The notes beneath the pieces were generated by a model. The model was not told where the DNA came from. It did no database searches and saw nothing but the letters and a program-made list of their open reading frames with translations. Below, in pieces: positions 19,749 to 29,290 of a stretch of DNA of 64,000 nucleotides (position 1 is its first letter; every line of letters begins with the position of its first letter). A program made the position numbers and the translations under genes. This DNA comes from Ramlibacter sp. (GTDB taxonomy: Bacteria; Pseudomonadota; Gammaproteobacteria; Burkholderiales; Burkholderiaceae_C). Location of the stretch: assembly GCA_019635415.1 (NCBI GenBank), contig JAHBZN010000006.1, positions 23,034-87,033 on the forward strand, given 5' to 3'.

Positions 19749-20162
19749 TCAGGTGGCGTACAGCCCCTCGGACGAGGCGAAGCCCTTGACCTCGATCGGG
19801 TTGCCGAACGGGTCCAGGAAGAACATCGTCCACTGTTCGCCGGGCTCCCCCGGGTAACGCACCTGGGGCTTCAGCACGAAATCCGTGCCCGCGGCTTCCA
19901 GCCGCTGCGCCATGGCCTGCCAGTCGGCCAGGCCCAGCACCAGGCCGAAGTGGGGCATCGGCACCAGCACATCACCCACATGGCCGGTGCGGGCGGTCTT
20001 GAACGGCTCACCCAGGTGCAGCGAGATCTGGTGGCCAAAGAAGTCGAAGTCGACCCAGGTGGCGGTGCTGCGGCCCTCGGCGCAACCCAGCACACCGCCA
20101 TAGAAGCGGCGAGCCTCGTCCAGATCTGTGACATTGAAGGCAAAGTGAAACAGCGAGCGCAT
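19749..20162 (-). CDS. VOC (glyoxalase/bleomycin-resistance/dioxygenase) family protein
   Basis: 137 aa. FHFAFNVTDLDEARRFYGGVLG...DPFGNPIEV. Confidence 0.8.
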   Translation of the reverse strand: MRSLFHFAFNVTDLDEARRFYGGVLGCAEGRSTATWVDFDFFGHQISLHLGEPFKTARTGHVGDVLVPMPHFGLVLGLADWQAMAQRLEAAGTDFVLKPQVRYPGEPGEQWTMFFLDPFGNPIEVKGFASSEGLYAT

Positions 20163-20252
20163 GGCGCGAGGATATCAGCGGGTTGATGCGCTTGCATCGG
20201 CGGGCCGCATCACCAAGAATGCAGCGCATCACAACAAGCAGGAGGGTCCGGC

Positions 20253-21140
20253 ATGTTCCGCTGTATTTCCCCGTCGGGCCGCTGGGGTCTGTGGCTGGCG
20301 TTGGTCGTCGTGGCGAGCCCGGCCCTGGTCCGCGCCGAAGACCAGCTCAAGCGCATTGCCCAGCGCGACCAGATCAACCTCGGTTACCGGGAGGACGCGC
20401 CGCCCTTCTCGTTTCTCGATGCGAAGCGCCAGCCCGTGGGCTACAGCCTGGATTTCTGCCGGGCCATGGCCGAGCGCATCAAGCTGGAGACCGGCAAGCC
20501 GAACCTGCGCGTGCGGCTGGTCCCGGTGCCGGCCGACCAGCTCGAACGCGTGGTTGCCAGCGGCGGCGTGGACCTGATGTGTGCCGGGACCTCGGACACC
20601 GCCGGGCGGCGCGCAAGAATGGCGTTCTCCCAGCCGGTGTTCCTGTCCAGCGTCAAGTTCATGGTCCCGGCCAAGGCCCGGCTCAGCCGGGCCTCGCAGC
20701 TCAATGGCAAGACGGTGGCGGTGCTGGGCCGCACCACGGCCGAGCCGGCCGTCAAGGCCTACGCCGAGCAGGCCGGCCTGAACCTGAAGGTGGCGCGCGT
20801 GGTCAGCCCCGAGGCGGCGCTGAGCCAGTTGCAGCTCGGCCAGGCCGCCGCGTTCGCGCGCGACGAGGTGCTGCTGCTGCAGCAGCGCGCGGGCCAGGCC
20901 CAACCCGATGCGCTGGAGCTGTTGCCCGAGAGCATTTCCACCGAGGTCATCGCCATTGCGTTGCCGCGCGATGCGGGGCTGCAGCGCGTGGCCGACCAGA
21001 CCATGGCGCTGATGGTGCGCAGCGGCCAGGCCGAAGCGCTGTACGCCCAGTGGTTCGTCAAGCCGCATGCGGGCGCGCCCAAGGGCCTGAACCTGCCGCT
21101 GTCGCCGGCGCTCAAGGCCGAGTTCGACAAGCTGCGCTGA
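20253..21140 (+). CDS. Periplasmic amino-acid ABC transporter substrate-binding protein (family 3), orphan
   Basis: Signal peptide, then [14 protein letters not shown]...GYSLDFC...DLMCAGTS. No adjacent permease or ATPase genes. Confidence 0.8.
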   Translation: MFRCISPSGRWGLWLALVVVASPALVRAEDQLKRIAQRDQINLGYREDAPPFSFLDAKRQPVGYSLDFCRAMAERIKLETGKPNLRVRLVPVPADQLERVVASGGVDLMCAGTSDTAGRRARMAFSQPVFLSSVKFMVPAKARLSRASQLNGKTVAVLGRTTAEPAVKAYAEQAGLNLKVARVVSPEAALSQLQLGQAAAFARDEVLLLQQRAGQAQPDALELLPESISTEVIAIALPRDAGLQRVADQTMALMVRSGQAEALYAQWFVKPHAGAPKGLNLPLSPALKAEFDKLR

Positions 21141-21165
21141 GGCCGCGGCCTGCCACAATCAGGCC

Positions 21166-21960
21166 ATGGACTATTCACGCTACAAGACCTTCAACCTGAG
21201 CCGCCGCGGCCCCGACGGCTCGGTGCTCGACATCCAGATGAAAGCGCAGAACGGCAAGCTGCCGACGGCCGGGCACGACGGCCACTGGGAGCTGTGCGAA
21301 ATCTGGCGTGACGTGAGCGCCGACGACTCGGTGCGCTGTGCCGTGCTGCGCGGCGAGGGCCTGGGGTTCTCCGGCGGCGGTGACCTGGCCCTGGTGCAGG
21401 ACATGGCCAGCGACTTCGCGGTGCGCACCCGGGTCTGGAAGGAGGCGCGCGATCTGGTCTACAACGTGATCAACTGCGACAAGCCGATCGTGAGCGCCAT
21501 GCACGGCCCGGCCGTGGGCGCGGGCCTGGTGGCCGGCCTGTTGGCCGACATCTCGATTGCCGCCCGGAGCGCGAAGATCGTGGACGGGCACACGCGCCTG
21601 GGGGTCGCGGCGGGCGACCACGCCGCCATCGTGTGGCCCCTGCTGTGCGGCATGGCCAAGGCCAAGTACTACCTGATGCTGTGCGAGCCGGTCAGCGGCG
21701 AGGAGGCCGAGCGCATCGGGCTGGTGTCGCTCGCGGTGGACGACGACCAGCTGTTGCCCAAGGCCTATGAGGTGGCCGACCGGCTGGCCAGCGGCAGCCA
21801 GACGGCCATCCGCTGGACCAAGTACTCGCTGAACAACTGGCTGCGCCAGGCAGGGCCTTCGTTCGACACCTCGCTGGCGCTCGAGTTCATGGGCTTTGGC
21901 GGACCCGATGTGCATGAAGGCGTGGCGTCTTTGCGCGAGCGGCGAGCGCCCAGGTTCTAG
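21166..21960 (+). CDS. Enoyl-CoA hydratase/isomerase (crotonase) family protein
   Basis: 264 aa. [15 protein letters not shown]...[15 protein letters not shown]. Confidence 0.88.
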   Translation: MDYSRYKTFNLSRRGPDGSVLDIQMKAQNGKLPTAGHDGHWELCEIWRDVSADDSVRCAVLRGEGLGFSGGGDLALVQDMASDFAVRTRVWKEARDLVYNVINCDKPIVSAMHGPAVGAGLVAGLLADISIAARSAKIVDGHTRLGVAAGDHAAIVWPLLCGMAKAKYYLMLCEPVSGEEAERIGLVSLAVDDDQLLPKAYEVADRLASGSQTAIRWTKYSLNNWLRQAGPSFDTSLALEFMGFGGPDVHEGVASLRERRAPRF

Positions 21961-22194
21961 GTTTTGGCGCTTGTGGCTTGGGCCCCGCGGGTTGTCGGCG
22001 ACGGGTACCCGCCTTCGCTCGTGTCCCCCGGTCCGTGCTGCGCACGGCCCTCCTCCTTTACCTCGCTGCGGCGGATACCCATCACCGCCAACCCGCTACC
22101 CCTGAAGCGCGCAGAGTGCCCTGCCCGCCTGATCCCGCAGCAGCGCAGGCTTGAAATGCAGGCACAGCCCCAAGCCCGGCGATAATCCCCACCC

Positions 22195-22551
22195 ATGCAT
22201 CGCCTGCGAACCGCCCGTCACCTTGCCCGCCTCGTGCTGGTGTGGTTCGCGCTGTCCATCGGCGTGGCCATTGCGTCGCCCATGGTGCATCCGCAGGAGA
22301 TGGAGCTCATCTGCACCGGCACCGGCGCCATGAAGGTGCTGGTCAAGACCGCCGATGGCGTCAAGGAAGTCTCCTCGCACACGCTCGACTGCCCGCTGTG
22401 CGCCAGCGTGGGCGCCCTGTCGACCTTTCCGCGCGTGGTCTTTGAACCGGTCCAGCCCCTGGGCCATGTGCTGCGGCCGGTGCCCGCCGCGCACATTGCG
22501 TGGCTCACGGCCGCGCCGCTACCCGCGCGCGGGCCACCTTCCCACTCCTGA
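22195..22551 (+). CDS. DUF2946-family protein (copper-cluster associated)
   Basis: 118 aa. N-terminal TM segment, ELICTG...LDCPLCA cysteine motif. Sits upstream of a TonB receptor, as is typical for DUF2946. Confidence 0.65.
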   Translation: MHRLRTARHLARLVLVWFALSIGVAIASPMVHPQEMELICTGTGAMKVLVKTADGVKEVSSHTLDCPLCASVGALSTFPRVVFEPVQPLGHVLRPVPAAHIAWLTAAPLPARGPPSHS

Positions 22552-22552
22552 C

Positions 22553-22618
22553 TTGCTAGCGTTTTCATAGCGCTTGATGCCCGCTGGACGCGGGCTATCG
22601 GCCATTTTGGTCTTAAAT
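22553..22618 (+). repeat. Dispersed repeat, copy c (intergenic, DUF2946 to TonB receptor)
   Basis: ttgctagcgttttcatagcgcttgatgcccgctggacgcgggctatcggccattttggtctt has the same block order as copies a and b. Confidence 0.55.
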
Positions 22619-22630
22619 CAGGAGTTTTTC

Positions 22631-24928
22631 ATGCGACCAACCCGCGTGGCCATGGGCATTGCCCTGGCCTTTCCCCTTGCCTTTGCGGCACCCTTGCAAG
22701 CCTTCGCGCAGCCGGCAGAGGTCCCGGCGCGCCAGCTCGGCGTGGTCACCATCACGGGCGGCCAGCCCACCTCGCTGCCCACGCAGATTCCCACCACCCT
22801 CGAGGGGGTGACGCGCGAGCAGATCGAGCATTCGATCAACGCCACCGACAGCGAGGACGCGCTCAAGTACCTGCCGAGCCTGCTGGTGCGCAAGCGCTAC
22901 ATCGGCGACTACAACCATGCCGTGCTGTCCACCCGCGCCTCGGGCACCGGCAATCCGGCGCGCTCCATGGTGTTCGCCGACGGCATCCTGCTGAGCAACT
23001 ACCTGGGCAACGGTCCGACCAACGCGCCGCGCTGGATGCTGGTCACGCCCGAGGAAATCGAGCGTGTGGACGTGCTGTACGGCCCGTTCTCCGCCGCCTA
23101 TGCCGGTAACTCGGTGGGCGCGGTGGTGGACTACGTGACGCGCATGCCCACGCAGTTCGAGGCGCATGGCAAGGTGGGCGTGGCCCACCAGCCCTTCGAC
23201 CTGTACGGCACGCATGAGAGCTACACCGGCCGGCAGGCCAGTGCCTCGGTGGGCAACAGAAATGGCGACTGGTCGTGGTTCCTCAACTTCAACCGCAATG
23301 ACAGCGAAGGCCAGCCGCTGACCTTTCCCACGGCACTGGTGTCGGCGGGCGTGCCCGGCACGGCCGGCACACCGGTCACGGGCGCGGTGCTGTCGTCCAA
23401 CCGCAGCAACCAGCCGTGGTACCTGCTGGGCACCGCCACGCAGTACCGCACCACGCAGGACCACATCAAGGCCCGGGTGGCCTACGACCTCACGCCCACG
23501 CTGCGCGCCAGCTACACCCTGGGCTGGTGGCACAACACCTCCGAAGGGCGGCCCGCCACGTACCTGCGCGACGCAGCGGGCAACCCGGTGTACAGCGGCA
23601 CGGTCAACATCGACGGGCGCAGCTACACCCTGGGCGCGACCAGCTTCAACCTGTCCAACGAGGACCTCACGCATGTGATGCACGGCTTCTCGGTCAAGAG
23701 CCACACGCGCGGCGAGTGGGACTGGGAGCTGGCCGCCAGCCTGTACGACTACCGGCAGGACATGCTCCGCGCCGCGACCACGGCGCTGCCCGGCGCGCTC
23801 GGCGGCGGCGCCGGCCGCATCGTCGACATGCAGGGCACGGGCTGGAACACCCTGGCCTTCAAGGGCACCTGGCGCCCGCGCGGGGAGAAGGGCCCGCACA
23901 TCATCGACTTCGGCGTGCAGCGTGACAGCTACCAGCTGCGCAGCACCGAGAACGCCACCAGCGACTGGATCAACGGCAGCGCCGGCGCGCGCACCCAGGC
24001 GTTCAGCGGCGACGCGCAGCTGCTCGGCCTGTGGGCGCAGGACAGCTGGACGTTCGCGCCGCGCTGGAAGGCCGTTCTGGGTGCGCGGCTCGAGAACTGG
24101 CGCGCGCGCAATGGCCAGACGGCGAACGCCACCACCACGGTCAACCATGTGAATCGCGACGAGAGTTTTGTCTCGCCCAAGGCGGCCATCGCTTTCCAGG
24201 TGACCGACCAGTGGCTGCTCAAGGCCTCGACCGGCCGCGCGGTGCGCATGCCCACGGTCAGCGAGCTGTACCAGGGCGGCATCAGTGGCAGCGGCACGCT
24301 CATCAACAACGACCCCGGCCTGCGCCCCGAAAAATCGTGGACCACCGAACTCACGGCCGAGCGCGACCTGGGCCGTGGCCTGCTGCGCCTCACCGCGTTC
24401 TTCGAGAACACGCGTGACGCGCTGTACTCGCAGACCAACGTCACGGTCACGCCCAATGTGACCAACGTGCAGAACGTGGACCGCATCCGCACCCGCGGGC
24501 TGGAGCTGGCCTACCAGGCCGCCGACGTGGGCCTGCGCGGACTGGAGCTGGGCAGCAGCCTGACCTGGACCGACTCGAAGATCACCCGGAACGACAAGTT
24601 CCCCGCCAGCGTGGGCCAGTGGCAGCCGCGCATCCCGCGGTGGCGCGCCACGGCCGTGGCCACCTGGCGGCCGGACGACCGCTGGTCGTACACGCTGGCC
24701 GCGCGCTACAGCGGCCGGCAATACAGCACGCTGGACAACAGCGATCCCAACGGCTTTGCCTACCAGGGCGCGAGCAAGTACTTCACCACCGACGTGCGTG
24801 TGCGCTACCAGATCAGCCGGCAGCTCAGCGCGGCCGTGGGCATCGACAACCTGAACAACTACAAATTCTGGAACTTCCATCCCTACCCGCAGCGCACTTA
24901 CCTGGCCGAGCTGAAGGTGGACCTTTGA
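22631..24928 (+). CDS. TonB-dependent outer-membrane receptor (probably copper-related, by context)
   Basis: Signal peptide MRPTRVAMGIALAFPLAFAAPLQAFAQ, plug domain (DSEDALKYLPSLLV, ERVDVLYGP), then a long beta-barrel. AGGAG precedes the ATG at 22631. Confidence 0.9.
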   Translation: MRPTRVAMGIALAFPLAFAAPLQAFAQPAEVPARQLGVVTITGGQPTSLPTQIPTTLEGVTREQIEHSINATDSEDALKYLPSLLVRKRYIGDYNHAVLSTRASGTGNPARSMVFADGILLSNYLGNGPTNAPRWMLVTPEEIERVDVLYGPFSAAYAGNSVGAVVDYVTRMPTQFEAHGKVGVAHQPFDLYGTHESYTGRQASASVGNRNGDWSWFLNFNRNDSEGQPLTFPTALVSAGVPGTAGTPVTGAVLSSNRSNQPWYLLGTATQYRTTQDHIKARVAYDLTPTLRASYTLGWWHNTSEGRPATYLRDAAGNPVYSGTVNIDGRSYTLGATSFNLSNEDLTHVMHGFSVKSHTRGEWDWELAASLYDYRQDMLRAATTALPGALGGGAGRIVDMQGTGWNTLAFKGTWRPRGEKGPHIIDFGVQRDSYQLRSTENATSDWINGSAGARTQAFSGDAQLLGLWAQDSWTFAPRWKAVLGARLENWRARNGQTANATTTVNHVNRDESFVSPKAAIAFQVTDQWLLKASTGRAVRMPTVSELYQGGISGSGTLINNDPGLRPEKSWTTELTAERDLGRGLLRLTAFFENTRDALYSQTNVTVTPNVTNVQNVDRIRTRGLELAYQAADVGLRGLELGSSLTWTDSKITRNDKFPASVGQWQPRIPRWRATAVATWRPDDRWSYTLAARYSGRQYSTLDNSDPNGFAYQGASKYFTTDVRVRYQISRQLSAAVGIDNLNNYKFWNFHPYPQRTYLAELKVDL

Positions 24929-24945
24929 TTCAAGGAAAGACGACA

Positions 24946-25506
24946 ATGACTTCATCTGCTATCAAAACCGTAGCTAAACATGCCCTGTGGTTCTGGGCTG
25001 CAGGCCTTTTTGGCCTGGCAAATGCCCATGTGGTGCTGGAATACCAGGTCGCGCCCGCGGCCAGCAGCTACAAGGCGACCTTCAAGGTCGGCCATGGCTG
25101 CGGCGCCTCGCCCACGCGGCAGATCGTGGTGGAGATCCCGCCGGGCATGCGCGGCGCGCGGCCCATGCCCAAGCCGGGCTGGACGCTGGCCATCGAGCGC
25201 GGGCCACTGGCCCAGCCCTACACCAGCCATGGCCGCACCGTGACCGAGGACGTCCAGCGCATCACCTGGACCGCCAGGACGCCGGACGACATGCTGGACA
25301 GCGCCCACTACGACGAGTTCGTGCTGGTGGCGCAGACGCCGGCGCAGGCCGGGCCGGTGTACTGGCCGGTGCGCCAGGTCTGCGCCGAAGGCCGCAACGA
25401 CTGGACCGAGGTGCCGCGGCCAGGCCAGGCGCTGTCCGACCTCAAGACCCCCGCGGCGCAGCTGGACATCCTGCCTGGCGCTGGCGCCGCCGCCCATCAA
25501 CACTGA
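24946..25506 (+). CDS. YcnI-family (DUF1775) periplasmic copper-binding protein
   Basis: Signal peptide ending ...LANA followed by HVVLEY (N-terminal His brace), ...FKVGHGC..., ...YWPVRQVCAEG. Internal ATG at 24946 chosen. Confidence 0.8.
   Translation: MTSSAIKTVAKHALWFWAAGLFGLANAHVVLEYQVAPAASSYKATFKVGHGCGASPTRQIVVEIPPGMRGARPMPKPGWTLAIERGPLAQPYTSHGRTVTEDVQRITWTARTPDDMLDSAHYDEFVLVAQTPAQAGPVYWPVRQVCAEGRNDWTEVPRPGQALSDLKTPAAQLDILPGAGAAAHQH
24955..25016 (+). repeat. Dispersed repeat, copy d (weaker; encodes the YcnI signal peptide in frame)
   Basis: tctgctatcaaaaccgtagctaaacatgccctgtggttctgggctgcaggcctttttgg shares the blocks tctgcta / gtagc / gggctgcaggcc / tttg with copy a. Confidence 0.4.
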
Positions 25507-25533
25507 TCATGCAACCCTGAAAGGACTTTCACC

Positions 25534-26040
25534 ATGAACGCATTCAAGCTTTTGCGCCGCCTCATCGGCACCTCCGTGTGCGCCGCCGTGCTGGCCACCC
25601 CTGCGCTGGCCCAGCCCGCCGCCCCCGCCATCAAGGCGGAGGGGGTCTGGGCCCGCGCCAGCGTGCAGGGCCAGCGCGCCACCGGCGCCTTCATGACCCT
25701 GACGGCCCGGGAGGGCACCCGGCTGGTGGGCATCACCACCCCGGTGGCCGGCCTGGCCGAAGTCCACGAAATGAAGATGGAAGGCGACGTCATGAAGATG
25801 CGCGCCGTGCCCGGCCTGGACCTGGCCCCGGGCAAGCCGGTGGCCCTCAAGCCCGGCGGCTACCACGTGATGCTGATGGACCTGAAGGCGCCCCTGGCCA
25901 AGGGCACCAGCGTGCCGATGACCCTGGTGTTCAAGAACGGCAAGGGCGTGGAACACCGGCTCGTGCTCAGCGTGCCGGTGCTGGCCTCGGCGCCCGGCGG
26001 GTCGGGCGCCGCCGGCATGAAGGACATGCACAAGCACTGA
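25534..26040 (+). CDS. Copper chaperone PCu(A)C (DUF461)
   Basis: Signal peptide, then the H-x-M...M-x-M motif region EVHEMKMEGDVMKMR and GGYHVMLMDL. Confidence 0.88.
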   Translation: MNAFKLLRRLIGTSVCAAVLATPALAQPAAPAIKAEGVWARASVQGQRATGAFMTLTAREGTRLVGITTPVAGLAEVHEMKMEGDVMKMRAVPGLDLAPGKPVALKPGGYHVMLMDLKAPLAKGTSVPMTLVFKNGKGVEHRLVLSVPVLASAPGGSGAAGMKDMHKH

Positions 26041-26140
26041 GTCCGGGCGGCCGGGGCCGGCCAACGGGCGTAAACCCGTTGGCTGCGCGGGTGGCGATGG
26101 GGTAAGCTGTCCCACTGCAGCATTCACCTTGGGAGTGTCC

Positions 26141-26860
26141 ATGAGCGACAACACCAATTTCGGCTTCGGCAAATTCGTCCCCGGCTTCGACTTCCTGCAA
26201 AACCTCGCCAAGGGGGCCTCGCAGAACATCCCCCAGATGCCCAACCTGGCCAACTGGGTGGCGCCCACGCTCAACGTGGAAGAGCTGGACAAGCGCATCG
26301 AGGAGCTCAAGGCCGTCCACTTCTGGCTCGACCAGAACTCCAAGGCGCTGGGCGCCACGGTGCAGGCGCTGGAGGTCCAGAAAATGACCCTGGCCACGCT
26401 CAAGGGCATGAACTTCAACATGGGCGACGTGGCCAACGCGCTCAAGCTCAAGGCGGCCGACAGCGTCCTCACCGGCGTGCAGAAGGCGGCTGAAACCGCG
26501 GGCAGCGCCGCGGGAGCCGTGTCGGGCGCGGCGCAGGCCGCCGCGCGCACGCGGGCCGCGCGCAAGACCCGCAGCAAGCGGGCGGGCACGACCGCCGCGA
26601 CCGGCGTGGTGGACCCGCTGCAATGGTGGGGGTCGCTGACCGAGCAGTTCCAGCAGATTGCCACCAACGCCATGAAGGACGCCGCCCGCCAGACCGCCAT
26701 GGACACCACCCGCAACATGGCCACCGGCCTGGCCCGGGAGGCCTTCAAGACGGCCACCGGCGTGGCCAAGGCAGCTACAAAAACGGTAGCGGCAGGTGCC
26801 GGCGCCACAAGGGCTCCAGCCAAAAAAGCCGCCAAAAAGACCACGCGCAGCAGCCGCTGA
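26141..26860 (+). CDS. phaM: PhaM-family PHA-granule multifunctional regulatory protein with Lys/Ala-rich histone-H1-like tail
   Basis: MSDNTNFGFGKFVPGFDFLQNLAKG...ELDKRIEELKAVHFWLDQN. C-terminal AKKAAKKTTRSSR. Confidence 0.75.
   Translation: MSDNTNFGFGKFVPGFDFLQNLAKGASQNIPQMPNLANWVAPTLNVEELDKRIEELKAVHFWLDQNSKALGATVQALEVQKMTLATLKGMNFNMGDVANALKLKAADSVLTGVQKAAETAGSAAGAVSGAAQAAARTRAARKTRSKRAGTTAATGVVDPLQWWGSLTEQFQQIATNAMKDAARQTAMDTTRNMATGLAREAFKTATGVAKAATKTVAAGAGATRAPAKKAAKKTTRSSR
26771..26832 (+). repeat. Dispersed repeat, copy e (weaker; inside the PhaM basic tail, in frame)
   Basis: gcagctacaaaaacggtagcggcaggtgccggcgccacaagggctccagccaaaaaagcc. Confidence 0.4.
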
Positions 26861-26872
26861 AGGACGCGCCGC

Positions 26873-28147
26873 ATGAAGCTGTTCCCCTGTGGTCACGCGA
26901 CCCATCCGCAATGGCCGATGGCGGCCGGCCTGGTGCTGGCCCAGCTCAAGGCGCAGATGGCGTTGCGCGACTACGCGGCGGCCCCGACGCTGGGGCTGGT
27001 CTACATCACCGACCACTATGCCCCGATGGCCCAGGACATCCTGGAGCACCTGAGCGCCGAGCTGCCCGAGGTCACGGATTGGGCCGGCACGGTGGGCGTG
27101 GGCATCGCAGCCAGCAATGTCGAGTACTTTGACGAGCCCGCACTCACGGTGATGCTGTGCGCGGTGCCGGCGGACCAGTACCGCGTGTTTTCCGGTGTGG
27201 CGCCGCTGGGCTCGGGACCCGGCATGGGCTTCGAGCCCCACACGGCGCTGATCCACGCCGACGGCAACACCCCCGAGGTGGCCGACCTCATCGCCGAGCT
27301 GGCGGCCCGGACCTCCACCGGCTACCTGTTCGGCGGGCTGGCCTCCAGCCGCGGCGAGGCCGTGCAGTTCGCCGTGGGCGGCAACGGCAACATCAAGGGC
27401 CAGGGGGCGGCCAGCGGCGTATTCCACGGCGGCCTGAGCGGCGTGGCCTTTGGCGAGGGCGTGCCCTTGGTGTCGCGCGTGACCCAGGGCTGCCTGCCGG
27501 TGGCCGCCGCGCGCGAGATCACCGCCGCCGAGCGCAACGTCATCTATGAACTCGATGGCCAGCCAGCGCTGGACGCCTTGCTGGCCGACCTGCACATTTC
27601 GCTCGACGAGCCCGAGGCGGCGCTCGCCGCCGTGCGTGCCACGCTGGTGGGGCTGACGCATGCCGGCGACCTGGGCGCTGGCGACATGGTGTCGCGCACG
27701 GGCAACTTCGGCGCCGACACACGGGTGCGCCACATCATCGGGCTGGACCCGGCGCGCCGCGGCGTGGCAGTGGCCGAGGTGGTGGAGCCGGGCATGCGCA
27801 TGGCGTTTTGCCAGCGCAATGTGCAGGCCGCGCGGGCCGATCTCACGCGCATCTGCGCCGAGATCCGCGAGGAACTCGAGCCCGAGGAAGTGACCCTGCC
27901 CGTGGCCGCGGCGCTGGCCGCGCCCGAGCCGCAGGCCCTGCCCCACCCGGCGCGCCGCATCGCGGGCGCGGTGTATGTGAGCTGCGCCGGCCGGGGGGGC
28001 CCGCACTTTGGCGGGCCCAGCGCCGAACTCCAGATCGTGCGGCGTGCGCTTGGCGATATGCCGCTGGTGGGCTTCTTTGCCGGTGGCGAGATCGCGCGCC
28101 ACCATGTTTATGGCTACACGGGTGTGCTGACCGTGTTTGTCGCCTGA
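26873..28147 (+). CDS. FIST (FIST_N/FIST_C) sensory-domain protein
   Basis: 424 aa. Typical FIST architecture (GLVYITDHY..., ...GFFAGGEI near the C-terminus). Confidence 0.75.
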   Translation: MKLFPCGHATHPQWPMAAGLVLAQLKAQMALRDYAAAPTLGLVYITDHYAPMAQDILEHLSAELPEVTDWAGTVGVGIAASNVEYFDEPALTVMLCAVPADQYRVFSGVAPLGSGPGMGFEPHTALIHADGNTPEVADLIAELAARTSTGYLFGGLASSRGEAVQFAVGGNGNIKGQGAASGVFHGGLSGVAFGEGVPLVSRVTQGCLPVAAAREITAAERNVIYELDGQPALDALLADLHISLDEPEAALAAVRATLVGLTHAGDLGAGDMVSRTGNFGADTRVRHIIGLDPARRGVAVAEVVEPGMRMAFCQRNVQAARADLTRICAEIREELEPEEVTLPVAAALAAPEPQALPHPARRIAGAVYVSCAGRGGPHFGGPSAELQIVRRALGDMPLVGFFAGGEIARHHVYGYTGVLTVFVA

Positions 28148-28158
28148 GGGGTCGCCGC

Positions 28159-29280
28159 ATGGATGGGGTTGCGTACAAGCAGGCGCCGGGTGTCTGGCGC
28201 AGCGTGGGCTGGGCCCTGCGCAGCCCTCCGGGTGGCGGCACCTCCCGGACGCGGCTGGCCGCGCGCGCGGTGTGGGCGTCGCTGCGCCACCACGAGGCGC
28301 TCAAGCGCTGGATGGCGGTGGCCTTCGAGCAGCATTCGCGCGGCCTGGCCTCGGACCTGCCGGCGCTCTTCCTGCGGGCCCTGCGGCCCTATGTGCACCG
28401 CGGGCAGTCGGCCCGGGACCGCACGGTGCAGCTCACCGATCATGTGGACTGGCTGGAGTCGGCCCTGCAGCCGGCGCCCCTGCGCCAGCTGGCGTCGGGC
28501 CAGACCGTCGTCCTGGCCAACCTGGCCGCGCCCCGGGGCTATGCGCACATGCGCCTGGAACTGCAGCGCGCGCCCGCACACAGCCCCGAGGGCGAACTGC
28601 TGCTCAGCCTCACGCTGCAGCGCGACGACAGCATCAAGGTGATGCAGCCGGTGGACGTGGCGGCCGTGGCCTTCAGCGTGTTCCGGGTGCAGGGCAAGGC
28701 CTGTCTGGCCATTGGCGGCGTGCGCGGCCAGCGGCACCCGGTGCTGCGCCTGAGCCCGGTCGAGATCACCCAGGCGCTGCAGGGCTGGAAAGCCCCGGTG
28801 CTGATGCTGCGCGTGATGCAGGAGCTGGCCAGCTTCTGGGAGTTGCACCTGATCGGGCTGGACCCGGCCTGGCACCCGGTGCAGGGCTGGGACTATCTGC
28901 TGAGCAAGCGCCACAAGGAGATCGCCCGGCGCATCGCCGAGAGCTACACCGTGCTGTGGGAGCACTTCGACGCGCAGCGCGGCCCGACCGGCTGGGTGGT
29001 GCTGCCTCCGCATTCGGACGACCGGCTCGCGGCCACGGCGCTGTCGCCCGAGAAGCGGGCGCGCCAGATACAGCGCGCCGACTACTGGATCCGCACCGGC
29101 AACCAGTTGCGCACCGAGTTCCGCAACGTGCTGCAGCGGCCCGACCCGCATGCCCGCCTGGGCCGGCTCACCGAGAGCCAGACCCTGCAGGGCCATTTCA
29201 GCGGCTACGACACGCGCCAGCACGGCGACGAGCCGCAGTACCCCAGCGTGCTCGAGTCGGCGCCGGTCAGCCTGCTCTAG
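28159..29280 (+). CDS. VirK/YbjX (DUF535) family protein
   Basis: Internal ATG at 28159 (MDGVAYKQ...). ...LMLRVMQELASFWELHLIGLDP...YTVLWEHFDA... resembles DUF535. Confidence 0.7.
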   Translation: MDGVAYKQAPGVWRSVGWALRSPPGGGTSRTRLAARAVWASLRHHEALKRWMAVAFEQHSRGLASDLPALFLRALRPYVHRGQSARDRTVQLTDHVDWLESALQPAPLRQLASGQTVVLANLAAPRGYAHMRLELQRAPAHSPEGELLLSLTLQRDDSIKVMQPVDVAAVAFSVFRVQGKACLAIGGVRGQRHPVLRLSPVEITQALQGWKAPVLMLRVMQELASFWELHLIGLDPAWHPVQGWDYLLSKRHKEIARRIAESYTVLWEHFDAQRGPTGWVVLPPHSDDRLAATALSPEKRARQIQRADYWIRTGNQLRTEFRNVLQRPDPHARLGRLTESQTLQGHFSGYDTRQHGDEPQYPSVLESAPVSLL

Positions 29281-29290
29281 CGCGCGGGCC

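Noticed and set aside
21961-22194. A 234-nt intergenic region before the DUF2946 gene, containing a small hairpin (ccgtgc-tgc-gcacgg) and a 73-aa ORF.
   Set aside because: The ORF has no family resemblance or SD. The hairpin lacks a U-tract. No recognisable riboswitch or repeat core was seen. The region is left unannotated.
26061-26082. 8-bp hairpin ccaacggg-cgtaaa-cccgttgg after the PCu(A)C gene, considered as a terminator.
   Set aside because: No downstream T-run. It may still be a stabilising or Rho-dependent element, but it is not supportable as an intrinsic terminator.
27808-28158. Long N-terminal extensions of ORFs in the track. Examples: 27808 for VirK, 42458 for recG, 48479 for glpK, 32992 for the 7-TM protein, 24619 for ycnI, 30910..32040 for the sigma factor, 41770..42966 for queA.
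   Set aside because: The extensions overlap upstream genes and lack homology. Internal ATG or GTG codons with SD-like sequences give proteins whose N-termini match the families.
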